A program made the translations under genes and the position numbers. This document shows positions 61,540 to 64,000 of a stretch of DNA of 64,000 nucleotides, piece by piece. The stretch is from Octopus sinensis (taxonomy: Eukaryota). Where the stretch lies: the NCBI RefSeq assembly GCF_006345805.1, contig NW_021836126.1:324484-388483 (forward strand). Reading direction: 5' to 3'. The notes beneath the pieces are model-generated. The model saw nothing but the letters and a program-made list of their open reading frames with translations, was not told the DNA's origin and made no database searches. Each line of letters begins with the position of its first letter. The stretch's first letter is position 1.

Positions 61540-64000
61540 ACTAAATGGACATTAGAGGTTGAAATTGAGAATGACTTATTTATACCATATTACAAGTATA
61601 ACAGAGGTTATCTTGTGTTCGATAGTAATACAACGACTATCACATCCATTTCCACACTTACTTCAAACAAGACAGTGCTGATGCTGAGGAAATATCATTG
61701 ACTAACAAACAAGCAAACTAAAGAGTTGTTGATGTTGCGAAATGTGTAGGTAGATCATCTCGGGTTCTTGAAGTTTAACGCGTATTTGTCAGTGAAAAAA
61801 AATCAGTGCAGTAAAATCAGATATTTTTTGTGTACGAGTGTCGACATTGAAGGGGGATTGGCTTACAAATGTATTTCCATTGCAAATAAGTTGTCTTGCG
61901 CACCGGGTGGTAGTGCTGTGATGTATCACAGGATTGTCATATTTGTCACTTGAAATAACCAAATTCAAAAATATCAAATGGAAAAATTCGGACATTGCTA
62001 TTCGTCTCAGATGCTTCGAAATGGCATCCAAAGAATCAGGTCTACAATATTGCAACTCGAAGTGGAATGCGTTCTACGGATTGCGCATTACCGGTGACAA
62101 AAATAGAGTGGAATACAAAATTGTGGGAGATTGGGTGGTGTATTTAGACCAATACAAGCGAAAAACAAAGTAGAAAGGAATATATTTTCCATGACTCTTC
62201 CACAACAACATCAATTTCACACAACCATCTTCACGCCACTTCAACCAACAGCAGACAAAATGCGCATACCACTCATTCTCGCTCAATTTGGTGGCTAATA
62301 ATAAAACGGTCGGCGATTGTCTTAAAGAACAAACGGACATTAAAAGTGAAGATGTGTCGAAAATGTAAGCCACTGATCCTGCATTGAGTAGTTCGAGTCG
62401 AGTTGTTGTTAACTCATTTTGAGGAGAATTTTGACAAAATTTGCATTTCATCCTACGAAACCACGTTCTACCCATTGCAGAGCCAGTACATTCTCAGTGT
62501 ATGCGGATTGATTGTGGACAGCGACTACAACACACGTGACATTTAATAGGAAATACTTTCAGTCACCACGCTTGTTCTCGATCGAGTCAAAATGAAGAAA
62601 AGTCGTGGGAAAATGAAGTTAAAGCGGACCAAATGCCGGGGGAGATTTGACATTGAAAAATCCATTCGTTGTCGTGTTCTGTGCAATGGCAGAGGACGTC
62701 AAGAACCCCGAAAACTTGTATTACGCGTCGAATACTTATGTCCGCCTTGCAAGTGAGGAAAAGCCGAGAACGGCCGGCAAACTATTTCACTGAGCAGTAT
62801 TTAACTAAACCTGTTAGCAGCAGTCATAATTAACGGGAATAATACTCTTAATATTGGCCACAATGATTGTCTCTCATCACCAAACATTCCGTCCCATACC
62901 AATTAAGGTTTTTACCTCTCTCCGTTCACATTTAGTGCAGACTGACTCCCAACAACAGACTCATTTATTCTGGCAGGATTGAGACCGGAGTTTTAGCGAA
63001 CTTTGATTTAAACTGTGTCCGACACATCCGGACATTTGCGTAAAGGACTTGGAGAACCACATTGACTGTGATCTGGGGTTTTGGGGGAAGTGGGTAAAGT
63101 CCTTGTCGTCAAAAACTCGGAAATCCGACGTGTCCGCGTATTGTTCTACTAACACGTCAGTGGGGTGGATTTGAGGTTCGAGAAATTCCAATTCCGACCA
63201 AACAGAGTGTTGTGAGGCCGGACGAGCCTTTCGGAATTATGGCAGAAATGACCGCATTCTCGTTCGATTTCGTCCGTTTCCATAAATCCGCGTTCCGTCC
63301 AGTTCTCAGCGCACGCGCAGGGAACTACTCCCGTGGTACTCGCCCAGTTGGGGAGGAATGGAAGAACACATTGGTGATATGTGCATGTCGAGCGTAGATG
63401 ACGAGCAAATACTACCACTCCAAGCTAAACATAGAAGAATTCAAAATTGGACTAAACAAAGCAACATTCATTATTTGTGAACAGACGGTGACATTTTACT
63501 GGCCATCTCTTTTCAAGAATACGCTCACTTTGATATTGACTTGGCAAATAATCGTGAGGCAAAGTGCGTTCGAGTCTAAAAAACTTTTTCTTCGCCCTAC
63601 GGCGGGAAAGGTTACAAGTGCATTGTTAGTGCTGACGGAAAAAAAAGTATATTTTGAATCACCCATTTTGGTGCCAAATGTGCAAGTGGTGGTGCGAAAG
63701 AATGTCTGAAAATAGACGGATCGTACTGCGAGGACCACAGCCGAGTCGTTCGCTTTCAAGTTGTGGACGGCTATGCACGAGTGACCAGACAAACAAGACA
63801 TTCTGTGAAGGTGATGATGAGACATTTCCAGAAATAAACAAATGTAAGAATCTTTGCGACGAGAATGCGAATGCAGTAAGTGATGGACTCGTATGTTTGT
63901 GATAGTGCAGTCATGGCTTCGAAGGAAAAGATTCGAGTGCACAAGTTCATGCAATACTCATTTCTGAAGTGAACGACTGCGAGTCCGTCCATTGCAACAA
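61540..64000 (+). other. Degenerate coding region of unknown family with an apparent internal repeat
   Basis: GGLAYKCI..CAPGG..MASKE at ~61.85-62.03 kb and GGKGYKCI..CASGG..MASKE at ~63.6-63.93 kb. Stops present. Confidence 0.35.

Overview
AT-rich eukaryotic, most likely animal, genomic DNA with no prokaryotic operons, rRNA or CRISPR. The roughly 45 spliceosomal introns I delimited by hand against protein homology are all tiny, about 18-30 nt. That size points to a tiny-intron parasite such as a dicyemid or myxozoan; this is inference and the host is not identified. The window has three layers. (1) A few apparently intact genes: a small RING protein, ITFG2, an SLC7/LAT transporter with one non-GT donor, two paralogous small acidic ORFs and an intronless 193-aa orphan. 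(2) Many intron-retaining decayed copies of housekeeping genes: DDX5, IGHMBP2, DDX56, an ankyrin protein, NAF1, COPA, HELQ, GTF2F1, gelsolin, UBA1 and H3. (3) Nested transposons: CRE-like and R4-like RLE retrotransposons, hATs, IS630/Tc1, pogo, MULE, a Helentron-like element with a 95-bp minisatellite and a tRNA-derived SINE. Many junctions carry microhomology deletions, short duplications and templated inserts. Gene names come from remembered motif similarity, not database searches. Relic boundaries are approximate.
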